The notes below the pieces were generated by a model. That model had not been told where the DNA came from. It saw only the letters and a list, made by a program, of their open reading frames with translations, and ran no database searches. A DNA stretch of 64,000 bases from Scyliorhinus canicula. Taxonomy: Eukaryota. The position numbers and the translations under genes are program-made. Location of the stretch: contig NC_052153.1 of assembly GCF_902713615.1 (NCBI RefSeq), forward strand, positions 149,249,772 through 149,313,771. Direction: 5' to 3'. Positions 1 to 12,018 of the stretch are shown piece by piece (within the stretch, counting starts at the first letter, position 1; each line of letters begins with the position of its first letter).

Positions 1-156
1 CATAAACAGTATTATGCTAAAATGTCTTACTGTGCGACTTTGAAATTGCACTATAGGAAATACATTTGATAACTACAAAGTCTATTGTAATATTCCCCAT
101 CCTGCATGGTTCTGTGCTTCAAGTAACAAAATTGACACTTTTTTTTCCTTTTGCAG

Positions 157-236
157 GTGAATGTTTCTCTCCCAAGGAGAGGAGTGCAACATTTTTGCAA
201 TGGATTTGAAATGTTCCTAGTATCTGTATGAATAAA
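157..236 (+). other. Candidate terminal exon of an unidentified upstream gene
   Basis: Branch-like ATTGAC (131-136), long T/C tract and GCAG acceptor at 156; a phase-1 reading gives GECFSPKERSATFLQWI* (stop 207-209); AATAAA at 231-236. Confidence 0.35.
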
Positions 237-392
237 CCATTAATACATTTTTGGCGATCCTTGGGATTGAATATATGCTTTGTATTGAATAGTGAATTAA
301 AAAACTCTTTTGTTTCCATGGTTCCTTGTTTGTTGTTTTGGGGGAATTGGAATGCTGTTTTGAACAGGAAGGGAAATAGGTTTCCTTGCAAT

Positions 393-678
393 AAATGTTT
401 ATTAGTGTCACAAGTAGGCTTAAATCAACACTGCAATGAAGTTACTGTGAAATCCCCTAGTTGCCACATTCCGTCTCCTGTTCGGATGCACTGAGCAAGA
501 ATTCAGAATGTGCTAATAAGCACGTCTTTCGGGACTTGCAGGAGGAAACTAGAACACCCAGAGGAAACCCACGCAGACACGGGGAGAATGTGCAGAATCC
601 GCGCAGTGGCCCAAGCCGGGAATCGAACCTGTGTCCTTGCAAAGCAATAGTGATAACCACTATGCTGCCGTGCCACCC
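393..678 (-). mobile_element. V-SINE/HE1-like SINE, Rex1-type tail variant
   Basis: tRNA-like head and V core joined to tail TTTCACAGTAACTTCATTGCAGTGTTG...CCTACTTGTGAC. Confidence 0.8.
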
Positions 679-795
679 CACCCCCCCCCCCCCCCCCCCC
701 GTTATTAGCACTCCGTTTTAACACTCCATGGAATTAGCACTCCACTTTAAACCAAAGTTATTAGAACATCAACATGAAACGTATTATAATGATTA

Positions 796-1106
796 GGGGC
801 GGCACAGTGGTTCAGTGGTTGGCACTGCTGCCTCAGCGCTAGGGATTCCGGTTTGTTTTCGAGTTCGGGTGACTGTGTGGAGTTTGCACATTTTCCCTGC
901 ATCTGTGTGGGTTTTCTCCGGTTTCCTCCTACAGTCCAAAGATGTGTGCGTTAGGTGGATTGCCCATGATTATTTGCTCATGTCCAAAGGTTTGGTGGGG
1001 TTACCGGAAAAGGGTGGGAGATTGGGCCTAGGTATGGTGCTTTTTCAAAGAGTTGGTGCAGATTCGATGGACAAATGGCCCCTTGCACTGTCGGGATTCT
1101 ATGATT
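796..1106 (+). mobile_element. HE1/V-SINE, CR1-type tail
   Basis: A/B-box head, TGTGTGGAGTTTGCACATT core, ATTCTATGATT tail. Confidence 0.85.
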
Positions 1107-1329
1107 GGGCTGTGGATATTCTCTAAATCTCAGCTGTAAAAAAGAAAGGCACAATCAGCAATAACAAAAACTGGAAATACATCGATTTGTTAATGAAATT
1201 CTGCGTATGTAACCTTCGTTCGGAGCTAATTCTACATATCCTAGTTTTAGAGCAGTGCCAAGGTTAGGAACAGTCTCTGCCAGTAATGGTGCAAAGAAGA
1301 GCAATATCGTACACTGCACAGGTGTCATT

Positions 1330-2295
1330 CTACGATTCATCCCATCAAGTCTTTGTCACCCCTATGGTCGAGATAACCAGCTAGTTCCACTCACTATCTC
1401 TTTCACTGTAGCCCTACAAATATTTTCCTTTTGAAAGTTATTATTGAATTTGCTTCCACACTGCCGTCAGAGCAGTACAATCCAGATCATAATGAGAATA
1501 GGATAAGATCCCACTGAGTTAGCTCCACCATTCAGTAAGATCACGAGTCACTGTACAGAAAAAAATTGTTTCCTCATGTCACACTTGTTTTGCTAATCAC
1601 CTTAAATCTGTCATCTGGTTACTAACACTCTTGCACTGGAAACAATCTCTCCTTATTTACCATATCAAAGTCCCCATAGTTTTGAGCTCCTCCATCAAAT
1701 TTCCTTATGCCTTTTTCCGTTCCAAGGTGAACAACCCAAGCTTTTGGAGTCTTCCATGGAACTGAAGTGACAGTACAAATTAGGAGCAGACGTAGGCCAC
1801 TGCGCCCCTCAAACCTGCTCTGCTATTCAATAAGATCACGGCTGATATGATTTTAATCTCGACTCCACATTCCTGCCTGCCTCCAATAACTTTTCACCTC
1901 CTTGCTTATCAAGAATCCACCTAGCTTCATCTTAAAGATATTCAAAGACACTGCCTTCACCACTTTTTGAGGTGCAACCCTCTGAGCGAAGTTCCTCATT
2001 CCTGATTGCATTCTGTCAAATCTTCAGCTTCTCTAAGGTACTGGTGTCTCCTAAAGTATACTGCTAGAATTCACCCAAGAGAATGAGGAGGTAGATATGG
2101 AACTCGGGGAGAGAGAATGTGACGTTCTTGAGCAAATTGTCACAGGGAGTGACAACGTATTGGAGGTGTTGGTTGGCTTAAAAGGGGACAAATCCCATCT
2201 GGATGAATTGTGTCCCAGGGTGCTGTGGGAAGCGAGGGAGGAGTTTGCAGGTGCACTGACTCACTTTTTATTCCTCTCTGGCCATGGGGGAGGTA
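1330..2295. mobile_element. Degraded CR1-clade LINE fragments
   Basis: CR1-like 3' UTR/RT remnants on the minus strand; plus-strand LKGDKS..DELCPRVLWEAREE remnant at 2097-2295. Confidence 0.6.
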
Positions 2296-2298
2296 TTT

Positions 2299-3330
2299 GT
2301 CGTGTGTATAGTGAGGAATCTTAAAATAGATAGGTAGCTGTGCTTCCAGATTAAAATTGTGTTAAACAGTTCTTGCAGCTTACATTTTAAAAAGTACTTT
2401 TTTAATAATAAATCAATCATTGAGTTTATAAAAAGAAGCCTGCTTAAAGTCTCCTCTATTCTGGGTCTAACAGTAGCAAGGATAAAAAATGGGCCATTTT
2501 GGTCAATGAATTAAACTTACAAACTAATGGTGGGACCTATGAAGTAGTGGGGCTAGATAAACTGCACACTCCTCCCATCCCGGGCGTAACATAAATTGGT
2601 GGATCGTCCGGGATCTTTGATGCTGAATAATAATTGGGAAAGGATAAAAGGACAGACACAAGGTTTCTTATACATTAGTAAACCAAAATGGCTTTGGAAG
2701 TTGCCAAGACTTTTCTAAACGTGGAAGATTTATCCCTCACTAGTTTACAAAAAGTAACCAAGACTAAATGAATAGAATTGGCAGATAAGTTGATGTTACA
2801 ATTAACCTTGGGGGCAAGGAAAGGGGACATAGTCAAGTAATAGAACATAGAACATAGAACAGTACAGCACAGAACAGGCCCTTCGGCCCTCAATGTTGTG
2901 CCGAGCAATGATCACCCCACTTAAACCCACGTAACCCGTATACCCGTAACCCAACAATCCCCCCATTAACCTTACACTACGGGCAATTTAGCATGGCCAA
3001 TCCACCTAACCTGCACATCTTTGGACTGTGGGAGGAAACCGGAGCACCCGGAGGAAACCCACGCACACACGGGGAGGACGTGCAGACTCCACACAGACAG
3101 TGACCCAGCCGGGAATCGAACCTGGGACCCTGGAGCTGTGAAGCATTGATGCTAACCACCATGCTACCGTGAGGCCCCTAGTGCAGAATTTATAATGAGA
3201 GAGTGACCATGTTCTCCAGGATGCGAGTTAGCTGGAATTGAGCTGCATATGAAGCAGCTTGAACATGACAAAGATAAACTTGAACGGGATAGAGAATTGG
3301 AAATGAAAAAGCTTGAACCTCACGTCTAGA
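2299..3330 (+). mobile_element. 5' fragment of a Ty3/Gypsy LTR retrotransposon (LTR end, tRNA-Pro-type PBS, gag start)
   Basis: LTR ends ...CGTAACA (2591); TGGTGGATCGTCCGGGAT (2597-2614) is 2 mismatches from the tRNA-Pro PBS; ATG 2688 MALEVAKTFL..KVTKTK*IELADKL; coiled-coil remnant 3226-3320. Confidence 0.7.
2841..3178 (-). mobile_element. Young HE1/V-SINE, CR1-type tail
   Basis: Nearly identical to 17323-17666; (TTCTATG)n tail. Confidence 0.9.
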
Positions 3331-3340
3331 GAGAGAGAGA

Positions 3341-3966
3341 GGTTTCCAGAAGCCAAAACCCATCCAACTACTTTCCTGAGATCACCCTCCCCTCGCAGGA
3401 CACGCCCATCTCCCCTCCTCTCAGGCCCGCTCTCTTTCCCTATGACGAATATTAAACTAACTGGCCTGTAGTTTCCTTCTTTCAGGTTTCCTTCCTATCT
3501 TGGATCGAGTTACATTTGCTGGATTCTCACACTCCTCTCTCTATCATGCACACTCATCTCTCTCAAACACACATCTCTCATGCATACACACTCCTCTCTC
3601 TCACACTCATCTCTCACCTGCACTCATCTCACAGCAGCACACACATACCTCTCACACATTTGCACTCGCTCTTCTCTCACGCACTCGTCTCTCTCTGAGG
3701 ACCAAACCCCCCCCCCACATCAGCTCCTTTCCTGAGGTCCAACCCCTCCACTCCTTTCCTGAGGTCCGAACCCCACCACGTTTCTTTCCAGAGGCCCGAA
3801 TACCCCACTCCTTTGCCCAAGCCGGAACCCACCCAGCTACTTTCCTGAGACCTCCCTCCTCTCCTCGCAGACCCCATTCTCTCTTACTATGAAGAATGCT
3901 AAACTAAATTACCTTTAGTTTCCTTCTTTCTGTTTCCATCCTAACTTGAATTGAGTTACATTTGCT
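3341..3966 (+). repeat. Diverged direct duplication enclosing a CA/CT microsatellite and a ~27-30 bp minisatellite
   Basis: 3341-3520 resembles 3811-3966; repeated unit like TGAGGTCCAACCCC..CACTCCTTTCC at 3694-3850. Confidence 0.65.
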
Positions 3967-4874
3967 ATTATCAAATCTAATGAGACCTTTCCAGAAATGA
4001 GGGAATTTTGGAAAATTTAAACCAATGCACCTAGAACCTCAGCAGCCACTTTTTAGACCCTTGGATGAAGTCCATCAGAACCTGAGGACTTAAGAAACTG
4101 TTGGTGATTGCAGCCAGATGCAACTGCTTGCCAGTCTATTGACGGCTCCCTTACCAATATTGCTTCAATCGATGTGTCGTAGCAATGTGGGGAACATGTA
4201 GTAGTTTTGTCTTTGTACTCGCACTTGCCAAACTTCCAATAAGTTTTGGAAAGCATCTATTTCTTCACAGTGCCAAAAGCAATGAGGCTCAATTCATTTA
4301 GAATTGAAAACATGTCTGCAAGATAAGATATAGTTAGCATCCAACTCTCATTTGCCCATACTTCCCTGATTATAACTCGTGTGGGCTTTGCATCCTGATC
4401 TACATTGACACAATTAACAAAGCCATACTTCAATAAATCATCTTAATCGTGCTTTGTTCTTGATTTCAGTTTCTTAATGGGTTGTTCACCAGAGACCCTG
4501 GAGCTCTGTATACAGCACATATACCAGCACTGCTTTGTTCTGCCATGGACACTCCTCTGCAGCTCTCTCCAGCAGATTCAGTTGTGAGATCCTGGTCTGT
4601 TTGTGTCGCTGGCCTTCTCTTTGTTACGCCAAAATGACCCATCTTAGCTCTTCACAGTCCTGTTGCTTGCTTGCTGGCAGCTACAAAATTGAGTAATCTC
4701 TCCTCCATGATTTTGTGCCCAAAGCACGGACATATAGGGCGCATTGTCAATGTATGTGATGGGCACGAGACCTGATCTCTGCCACAGCTTCTGGTGGGCA
4801 GACTCCAGCGTTTGCATTTAAAGGCTGGTCACGGCTGACATTCTCAACTTCAAAGCTGGATGTGGCCGGCATTC

Positions 4875-6713
4875 TTTTTTTTTAATAAATGTTTTTATTC
4901 TCCATTTTCACATTTTCCTTCAAAATTTACACCCCACCCACAAACAGTAAACGGTAACAAATACAAAATCAATCCCCTTAACAATAACAACGATCCCATC
5001 CTCCCACCACCCCAAACAACGGCCCACCTGTCAATATATGCATCCAATAACACAAAGCCTCCCAAGGTGGAATCAAAAAAACAAAGGAAAAAAGGAGTCT
5101 GGGACCGCCCATGGTCACCATAGAGTCCACTCCCCCCCCCCCACATTCACCGCCGTCCAACCTCTGAAAGAGTACCGTACATGATACCCAAGAGTTGTAA
5201 ATCCACCCCCCTCCAACTCCTCCCATCCACTACCTCATGTAAAACTCCTTCCCCCAATCTCGGTTCCTTCCCCTCCAACTTTCCACCCCGGCTATACCAC
5301 TCGGACCCTGTTCTGCCAGGCTCCGATGGCCGCAGCCCCTCCCCCCACCTTATTCCCATTGACTGCCCGGTTTAAACCGGCCAGCGCGGAGGTCCCCGCC
5401 TGGGTCCCTTTCCCCTTGCCCGGCCCCAGGAAAGCCCAGAAATCCCCTTTCAGCACACACACCCCGCATATCCACCTACACCCCAAAGAGCCCTCACTTC
5501 GAGTGCAAGTCCCTCCTTCTTCCCTTGTCCAAGTATACAACATTGGCTCCTTTAGCCCACACACCCGCACGCAGTGAAACAGAAAAGAAGAAAATACAGT
5601 CCTGAGGTTACATCGTCACATGGCCATTTCTCAATTTCTCAGTTCTGCCACAGTCCTTCTGCCTTCGCAAACTCCTCCGCTGCTTCCGCTGTTCCAAAAT
5701 AAAAGTCCTTGAGCTTATAAGTCACCCTCAGCTTCGCTGGATATACAATGCCGCACTGCACCTTGCTAATGTACAGTGCCCTCTTCACCCGGTCGAAAGC
5801 AACCCGCCTCCTCGCCAGCTCCACCGTAAAGTCCTGGTATACACGTATACCAGCTCCAGCCCACTGCACCACCCGCTTCTGCTTGGCCCAGGACAGGACC
5901 TTCTCCTTCACACTGTACCTACGGAAGCACAGAGTCACTACCCTTGGCGGCTCACTTGCCTTTGGTACAGCCTCCATGACCGATGAGCCCTATCCAGATC
6001 ATATCGGGAGGGATCCTCCCCCTCCCCCAATAGTTTCGCCAGCATAGCGGCAAAATACTCAGTCGGCCTCGGCCCTTCAACTCCTTCGGGCAGCCCCACA
6101 ATCCTAAAATTCTGTGGCCTGGATTTGTTTTCCAGGTCTTCCATTTTCCCTCGTAGATCCTTGTTAATCTCCATCACCTTCCGCATCTCCTTCCCCACTG
6201 AGGTAAGTTGATCACCGTGCTGCAATAACGTCTCCTCCACTTCCTTCAGCACCTCCCCTTGCGCCCGCACCTCCGCTATTGCACTCGCTGCCGCCGTCGT
6301 CACCGGGGAAATCGCCTCTTTCACCAGCACACTCAAAACCTCCCTCATCTCCTTCCTCATCGCCTCCAAGTGTTTTGTAAACTGCCTTTCGAATTCTGTA
6401 GCCATCACCTTGGTTATCTCTTCAGCCGTAGGCAATGTGGCCTCTCCTGGTGCTCCAGCCTCCTTTTTCCTTGGTGACCCCGTGGTGACCTCTCCATTCC
6501 CCGACGGACCCTCAGCTGTCTTTTTAATGGCTGTTTTCTTGCTGGTCCTGGACATCCTCTTCTGCTGTGTCTCCTGTGTGGCTTCTATGTGCCTTCTGCC
6601 TGCTTTTTATGCGTCCGTGGAGCCTGGGAGCGGGCTTAAAGCCCCGAAAATGCCATTCCCGAGTGGGAGCCCTCCATTGCGCGGCTGCCTCCCGCCGCCG
6701 TCACCGGAAGTCC
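4875..6713 (-). mobile_element. L1-clade derivative with 5' UTR, ORF1 (frameshifted), 3' UTR and poly-A but no EN/RT (HAL1-like)
   Basis: 5' GGACTTCCGG; ORF1p motifs DLENKSR..NFRIVGLPEG, DRAHR, VYQDF, YPAKLRV (5639-6555); 3' UTR similar to 48549-48800; poly-A at 4875-4883. Confidence 0.85.
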
Positions 6714-6929
6714 TATGGACATTTTATTAAAAGGTTGGGTTTAGATAAACTGGCTATAGGTGTGAAAGTAAAAGGTACTGACAGAGGTTTTGCGTGGGAG
6801 AGGAAGAAATACTGAATAGTGTGCTCGGGGCTTGGTGTTTGATTTACATCAATAACTTGGATTTCAAAATTATAAAGTTGGAAACTTTGAAGCTGGTAAC
6901 AAATTATAAAGGTAGTGGAATTGAAGATT

Positions 6930-7553
6930 AGATTTAGATGTATTGACATGTGTACCGAGGTACTGTGAAAAGTATTGTTCTGCAGATTGTCCAGGCAGAT
7001 TGTTCCATGCATGAAAAAACAAAGGACATTATACACATTGTAAATACATAGACATCTGGTGAAGCATATGGAGTGTAGCGCTACAACAGTAGAGAAGATG
7101 CATGGAGAGATCAGTTCAGTCCATAAAAGGGTCATTCGGGAGTCTGGTAACAGCGGGGAAGAAGTTGGTTTTGAATCTGTTAGTACATGTTCTCAGATTT
7201 TTGTACCTTCTGCCCGATGGAAGAGGTTAGAAGAGAGAATAACTCAGGTGGGAGGCGTCTTTGATTATGCTGCCCGCTTTCACAAGGCAGCGGGCGGTGT
7301 AGACAGAGTTAATGGATGGGAGGCAGGTTCCTGTGATGACTGGGCAGTGTTCACAACCCTCTGTGTTTCTTGGGGTTTCGGGCCAAGCAGTTGCCATACC
7401 AGGCTGTGATGCAGCCAGATAAGATGCTTTTTATGGTGCACCTGTAAAGATTGGTAATAGTCAATGTGAACATACTGCATTTCCTTAGCTGTTGTGCTTT
7501 CTTTGTCATAGCTTCAACGTAGGTGGACCTGAACAGATTGTTGGTGATGTGTA
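6930..7553 (-). mobile_element. Rex1/Babar-clade LINE 3' fragment (continues at 12154-12290)
   Basis: Homologous to 27640-28200; 3' hairpin tail TTTTCACAGTACCTCGGTACACATGTC. Confidence 0.75.
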
Positions 7554-7628
7554 TGTTGTGTTATGTGATCTTGTCTGTGCAATGAATCGACAGAACTGCT
7601 GGTGACTTAACTAGAATGATGTTTTATT

Positions 7629-7878
7629 TTTTTAAAAATAATTTTTATTGAAATTTTTACAAAATACAAAATATAAACATCTTAACTCTATTAACAAACA
7701 ACCGTGGTAACACCCCATGAATAATACCCCCCAGCTTCAAGAGCAACTTCAAACAAAAGGAAAGAACAAAAACAAAAAAAAACAAAAACAAAAAAACAAA
7801 AGAGCACCCAGACAACGAAAGGGAAAGAGATAGCACCCTCCACAAACCCATGTGCACAGTTCTCCCCCCCCCCCCCAA
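7629..7878 (-). mobile_element. L1-type 3' UTR fragment inserted in an LTR
   Basis: Poly-A end; TSD TAGAAT(G/C)ATGTTTTATT at 7612-7628 and 7879-7895. Confidence 0.75.
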
Positions 7879-9777
7879 TAGAATCATGTTTTATTGATGT
7901 ACACATGGTAAAGTAACAACCAGAATGCTAGACAGACCAAGTTACTGACTGAGTTTCATTAACTCTCCTGGACGTATCCTTAAGTGCGACTGTCCTGGGG
8001 TACACCTTACAACCTTCTACCAATAGCTGGATGTCACATGACTGATGCCACCGCTGGTCGGAGGTCGCACTGCTGAGTCCATGCGATATTGTTCACAGGC
8101 ATATCACCACATCCCCCTTCCTTTGCAGGTTATTAATATCTATATACAAACATTGATCAACATCTGTAGTTTACACATTTGGTTTCTGTATCAACAATTT
8201 TAACTCATGTGTCCATAAACATGACAGGCCAACTAGGTGTGTACGTTCCTTAAACACAGCTCATTTTGCATCTCTCATGGGATCACCCCGCTGATCGCTT
8301 GGGCTGTTGCCAGTCTTTTTGAAGACTGGTTAACGTGCCGGTCTCTTGCTTTGAATCCTTCTGATGCAAAGCTTTTTGAAGGCATGTATCCTTGTTGGCC
8401 ACACCCGCGTCACCAGCTTTTCTTTCTTTTGTTTCTTTACATGACTCTGTTTGCTGCTCCTGCTGCGTCGTTGTGTGTTCTCTACCTCTGGTCTGTCGGC
8501 CCCAACATCGACATTTTCACTCCTGGTTTCGTCAATGGGATGCTCTGCCTCTCCCACTCTCCTTCACTTCCTCTTTTTAACTTTGATGAACCTTTTGTGA
8601 GTGCTTCTCTGTTTACATTTGGGTTTGGCAACCCCTGTCTTACTACTGGTCTGCACAATGTGCACAGATGTGCACATTGTAGTCTTATTGTCACAAGCCT
8701 ACTTGTGACAATAAGCAATTATTATTATTATGTGCACCCCGTGATTTCTAGTTCGTCAAAGAATTAAGATTCTTGCAGCTGGTACACCTTCGTAATCACC
8801 TCATTTGTGAAATACGCATTAGGCTAGAACTTAAACTCCAGAGTGAAGCTCCTTGGCTTTTCACACTTTGAACATTTAACATTCATTTCTTGTAGATGCT
8901 TTAATACAGGCTCATAATGCTGCTGTATCATGCCGCTGAGTATATATACCTTCTTGAAGACTGTTAACCCGAAGCCTGCAATGCTCTTTGGCTCTTCTGT
9001 CTCTGTCCGATTCGTCGCCCTCCACACAGACTTCTGTTGAATCCTCATCGAATGACTGCACTATCGTATCTCTTTGGGATTTGTCGAGTTCGGCTGGCCA
9101 CCCATCTTCTGGAATGTACAGTCACTCAACTAGGTTCAGGGACTCACTTGCATCCACTCCTATGATGGATTCAACTTTCATGTCCACAATATAAAATGGT
9201 AGTATGTACATTGTGTCGTGCACTCCTAGCTCAAGCTCAAATTCACCTAACGTCTCAATCCTTTTCTTACCGTGGTGTATGGGCGATCCCGGTCGATCAA
9301 CGACTTTCAGCTGCATGTTCAGCTTCTGCAAAACAGTTTGACTGAGGAGGTTGTCCCTCATTGCAATGTCAAGGCCTCAGCGTACAAATGAGTTGGTTTT
9401 GATGGCATCAGGTTTGTTCTTACTAATGCCGTTATCTTTTGAGATTATATCTTCATCTTTCTGGGTCGGTCTCTTCTAGTCCTTGGTTGCAATGAGATTG
9501 ATGAAGAACTGTTTGTCGGGAGGCATCTCATCAACTGTGTTGACTGATCTGATTTGGTCCATTGTAGGATGCGAGAAACATTGTTTCGCAAAATAGCCGA
9601 CACGGCCACACCTGGAACATACTTCTCCAAAGGCCGGACATTGCCGTGGGCCATGTCGGTTGTTACATTTCTGGCACAAGATAGCGGTCGCTTAAAATGG
9701 CTGCCGCACCGAGACCACGTTTCTTATTGGCCTGTGTCACACTGCACTCAAAATGGCCACCCACACTGAGACATTTC

Positions 9778-10530
9778 TTTTTGTTTTTAAATATTTTTAT
9801 TCTCCTTTTTCACATTTTCATCCAATTTTAAACCCACCAACAAACAATCAACAGTAACAAATACAATGTCAAACCCCTGGTCAACAATCCCTTCCTCCCA
9901 CCAACCTCCAACATTTTAAATACAAACATCAAGGAAAAGGAATCAGGAGTCCACCATCCACCCATACATAGTCATCAACAACATACACAGTCCAAATCTC
10001 CCGCATCCCCCCCCCACCCCAATTGTTCAATGTCATGCAATTCTTGAAAGTGCATAATTAAAAAAAAAAATTTAGAGTGCCCAATCTTTTCCAATTAAGG
10101 GGCAATTTAGCATGGCCAATCCACCTATCCCACACATCTTTTGGGTTGTGGGGGTGAAACCCACGCAAACACGGGGAGAATGTGCAAACTCCACACAGAC
10201 AGTGACCCAGGGCCAGGATTCGAACCCGGGTTCTCAGCGCCGTAGGCAGCAATGCTAACCACTGTGCCACTGTGCTGCCCTGGAAGTGCATAATGAACAA
10301 AGCCAATGAATTGTAGAACCCTTCCATCCTTCTCCTCACTTCAAACTTCACCTCTAGTGTTAAAAACATCAACAGATTCCCCCGCCACGCCAGGGCACAG
10401 GGTGGAGAAACTAACCTCCACCAAAACAGGATCCGCCTTCGGGCGATCAGCGAGGCGAAGGCTAAAACATCTGCCTCCGTTCCTGCTTCCACCCCGGCCG
10501 ATCCGATACCCTGAATATGGCCTCCAGAGG
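9778..10530 (-). mobile_element. 5'-truncated L1 (ORF2 C-terminus + 3' UTR)
   Basis: ADVLAFASLIARRRIL..W motif as in 48738-49214; poly-A end. Confidence 0.8.
10059..10280 (-). mobile_element. Short poly-A V-SINE nested in L1
   Basis: TSD AAGTGCATAAT at 10048-10058 and 10284-10294. Confidence 0.88.
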
Positions 10531-10976
10531 ACCTAGCTCGAGGACCACATATCTTTTTGGCCTGCATCACAGTGCTGATGACGCTGGCATCCTCTTCCAT
10601 GTTGGAGCCAAAATGTTTCAGAGTGAGTGTACTGTTTTGTTCTGCTCTGTTGAAGCCCTTCTTTCTGGGTACGCGTACTAAATGTGTCACGCTCAGAAGC
10701 TTCATTTTTCTTCAGAGAGCAGTACTGATCGAGGTCCTTTATCACCTCATCGTAGCTCTTACTCTCCTCTTCGCTATCACAAGCAAAGGTATGGTATAGT
10801 TCTATTGCTTGAGGTCCTGCTACTGTGAACAGCAACGCAATAAGCCTCTCGCCAGGCTGTGCCTGCGGCCAAGGGTTACAAAATAGAATCCGAATTGCTG
10901 CTTAAAAGCATGCCAAATGTTTTCTACGTTATCCGAGCATTAAAGCTGGTTGGGTGCCTTTAAACCTTCCATCACT

Positions 10977-11207
10977 GGGCAGCACGGTGGCCTAGTGGTT
11001 ACCACAACTGCCTCACGGCGCTGAGGTCCCAGGTTCAATCCTGGCTCTGGATCACTGTCCGTGTGGAGTTTGCACATTCTCCCCGTGTCTGTGTGGGTTT
11101 CGCCCCCACAACCCAAAAATTTGCAGAGTAGGTGGATTGGCCATGCTAAATTGCCCCTTAATTGGAAAAAATAATTGGGTAATCTAAATTTATAAAAAAA
11201 AAGAAAG
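10977..11207 (+). mobile_element. Short poly-A V-SINE
   Basis: 15-bp TSD AAACCTTCCATCACT at 10962-10976 and 11208-11222. Confidence 0.9.
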
Positions 11208-11379
11208 AAACCTTCCATCACTAACTTCATCACCGTTTTCTGTGTTGAGTCGCTAATGGTCGCAGTTCAACAGGTTGGTTCTATGGATTTAACTTCGCCT
11301 TTTCTGATGTTGCCCTCAAATCTTTTATTTTTAAGTTTAGAGTACCCAATTATTTTTTTCCAATTAAGGGGCAATTTAG

Positions 11380-11657
11380 GGAAGGGGGGGGGGATGTTTT
11401 GTTGTTTTATACTAAAGGGACGGGCATAGTTGTTCTGTGCCAATGTCGGGCATTAATTCATTTCCTCTTCTGTGTATACGGGGGGCGGGGGGAATGTTGG
11501 GTGTTAGTTTATCTCTTCTGCTGTGTATGCACAGGGGTGGGGGGGGAGGGGTGGGGGGGGGACTGTTCTTTCTGTTCTTTGTAAAAAAAAAAAGTTCTGT
11601 CTTTTTGTTGTTGATATTATGCAAAAATTTGAATAAAAATTATTTAAAAAAAAAAAA
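11380..11657 (+). mobile_element. L1-type 3' UTR fragment with poly-A
   Basis: G-rich/T-rich UTR, AATAAAAATTATTT then A-run. Confidence 0.6.
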
Positions 11658-11845
11658 TCTTCAGCACTCCTAGTACCATGTTGTGGTCTGTGATCTTGTC
11701 TATGCAATGAATCTACAGAACTGCTGGTGACTTAACTAGAATGATGTATTATTGATGTACACGTGGTAAAGTAACAATCAGAATGCTATTCAGACTAAGT
11801 CACTTTCTGAGTCTCCTTGACTCTCCTGGAACTTTCCTTATGGTT

Positions 11846-12018
11846 AGGGGCTGGTTTAGCTCACAAGGCTAAATCGTTGGCTTACCAAGCAGGCCAGCAG
11901 TACAGTTCGATTCCCGTACCAACCTCCCCGGACAGGTGTCAGAATGTGGCGACTAGGGGCTTTTCACAGTAACTTCATTGAAGCCTACTCGTGACAATAA
12001 GCGATTTTCATTTTTCAT
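11846..12018 (+). mobile_element. Second tRNA-head SINE family (no V core) with Rex1-type tail
   Basis: GGGGCTGGTTTAGCTCA head, GTTCGATTC B box, tail CTTTTCACAGTAACTTCATTGAAGCCTACTCGTGACAATAA; related copies 12333-12498, 17721-17833, 60946-61050. Confidence 0.8.

Noticed and set aside
796-870. tRNA-like A/B boxes at SINE heads as tRNA genes
   Set aside because: No complete cloverleaf; always continuous with a SINE body
3694-3850. Spaced ~28-bp repeats as a CRISPR array
   Set aside because: Degenerate tandem units without unique spacers, in a vertebrate genome with no cas genes
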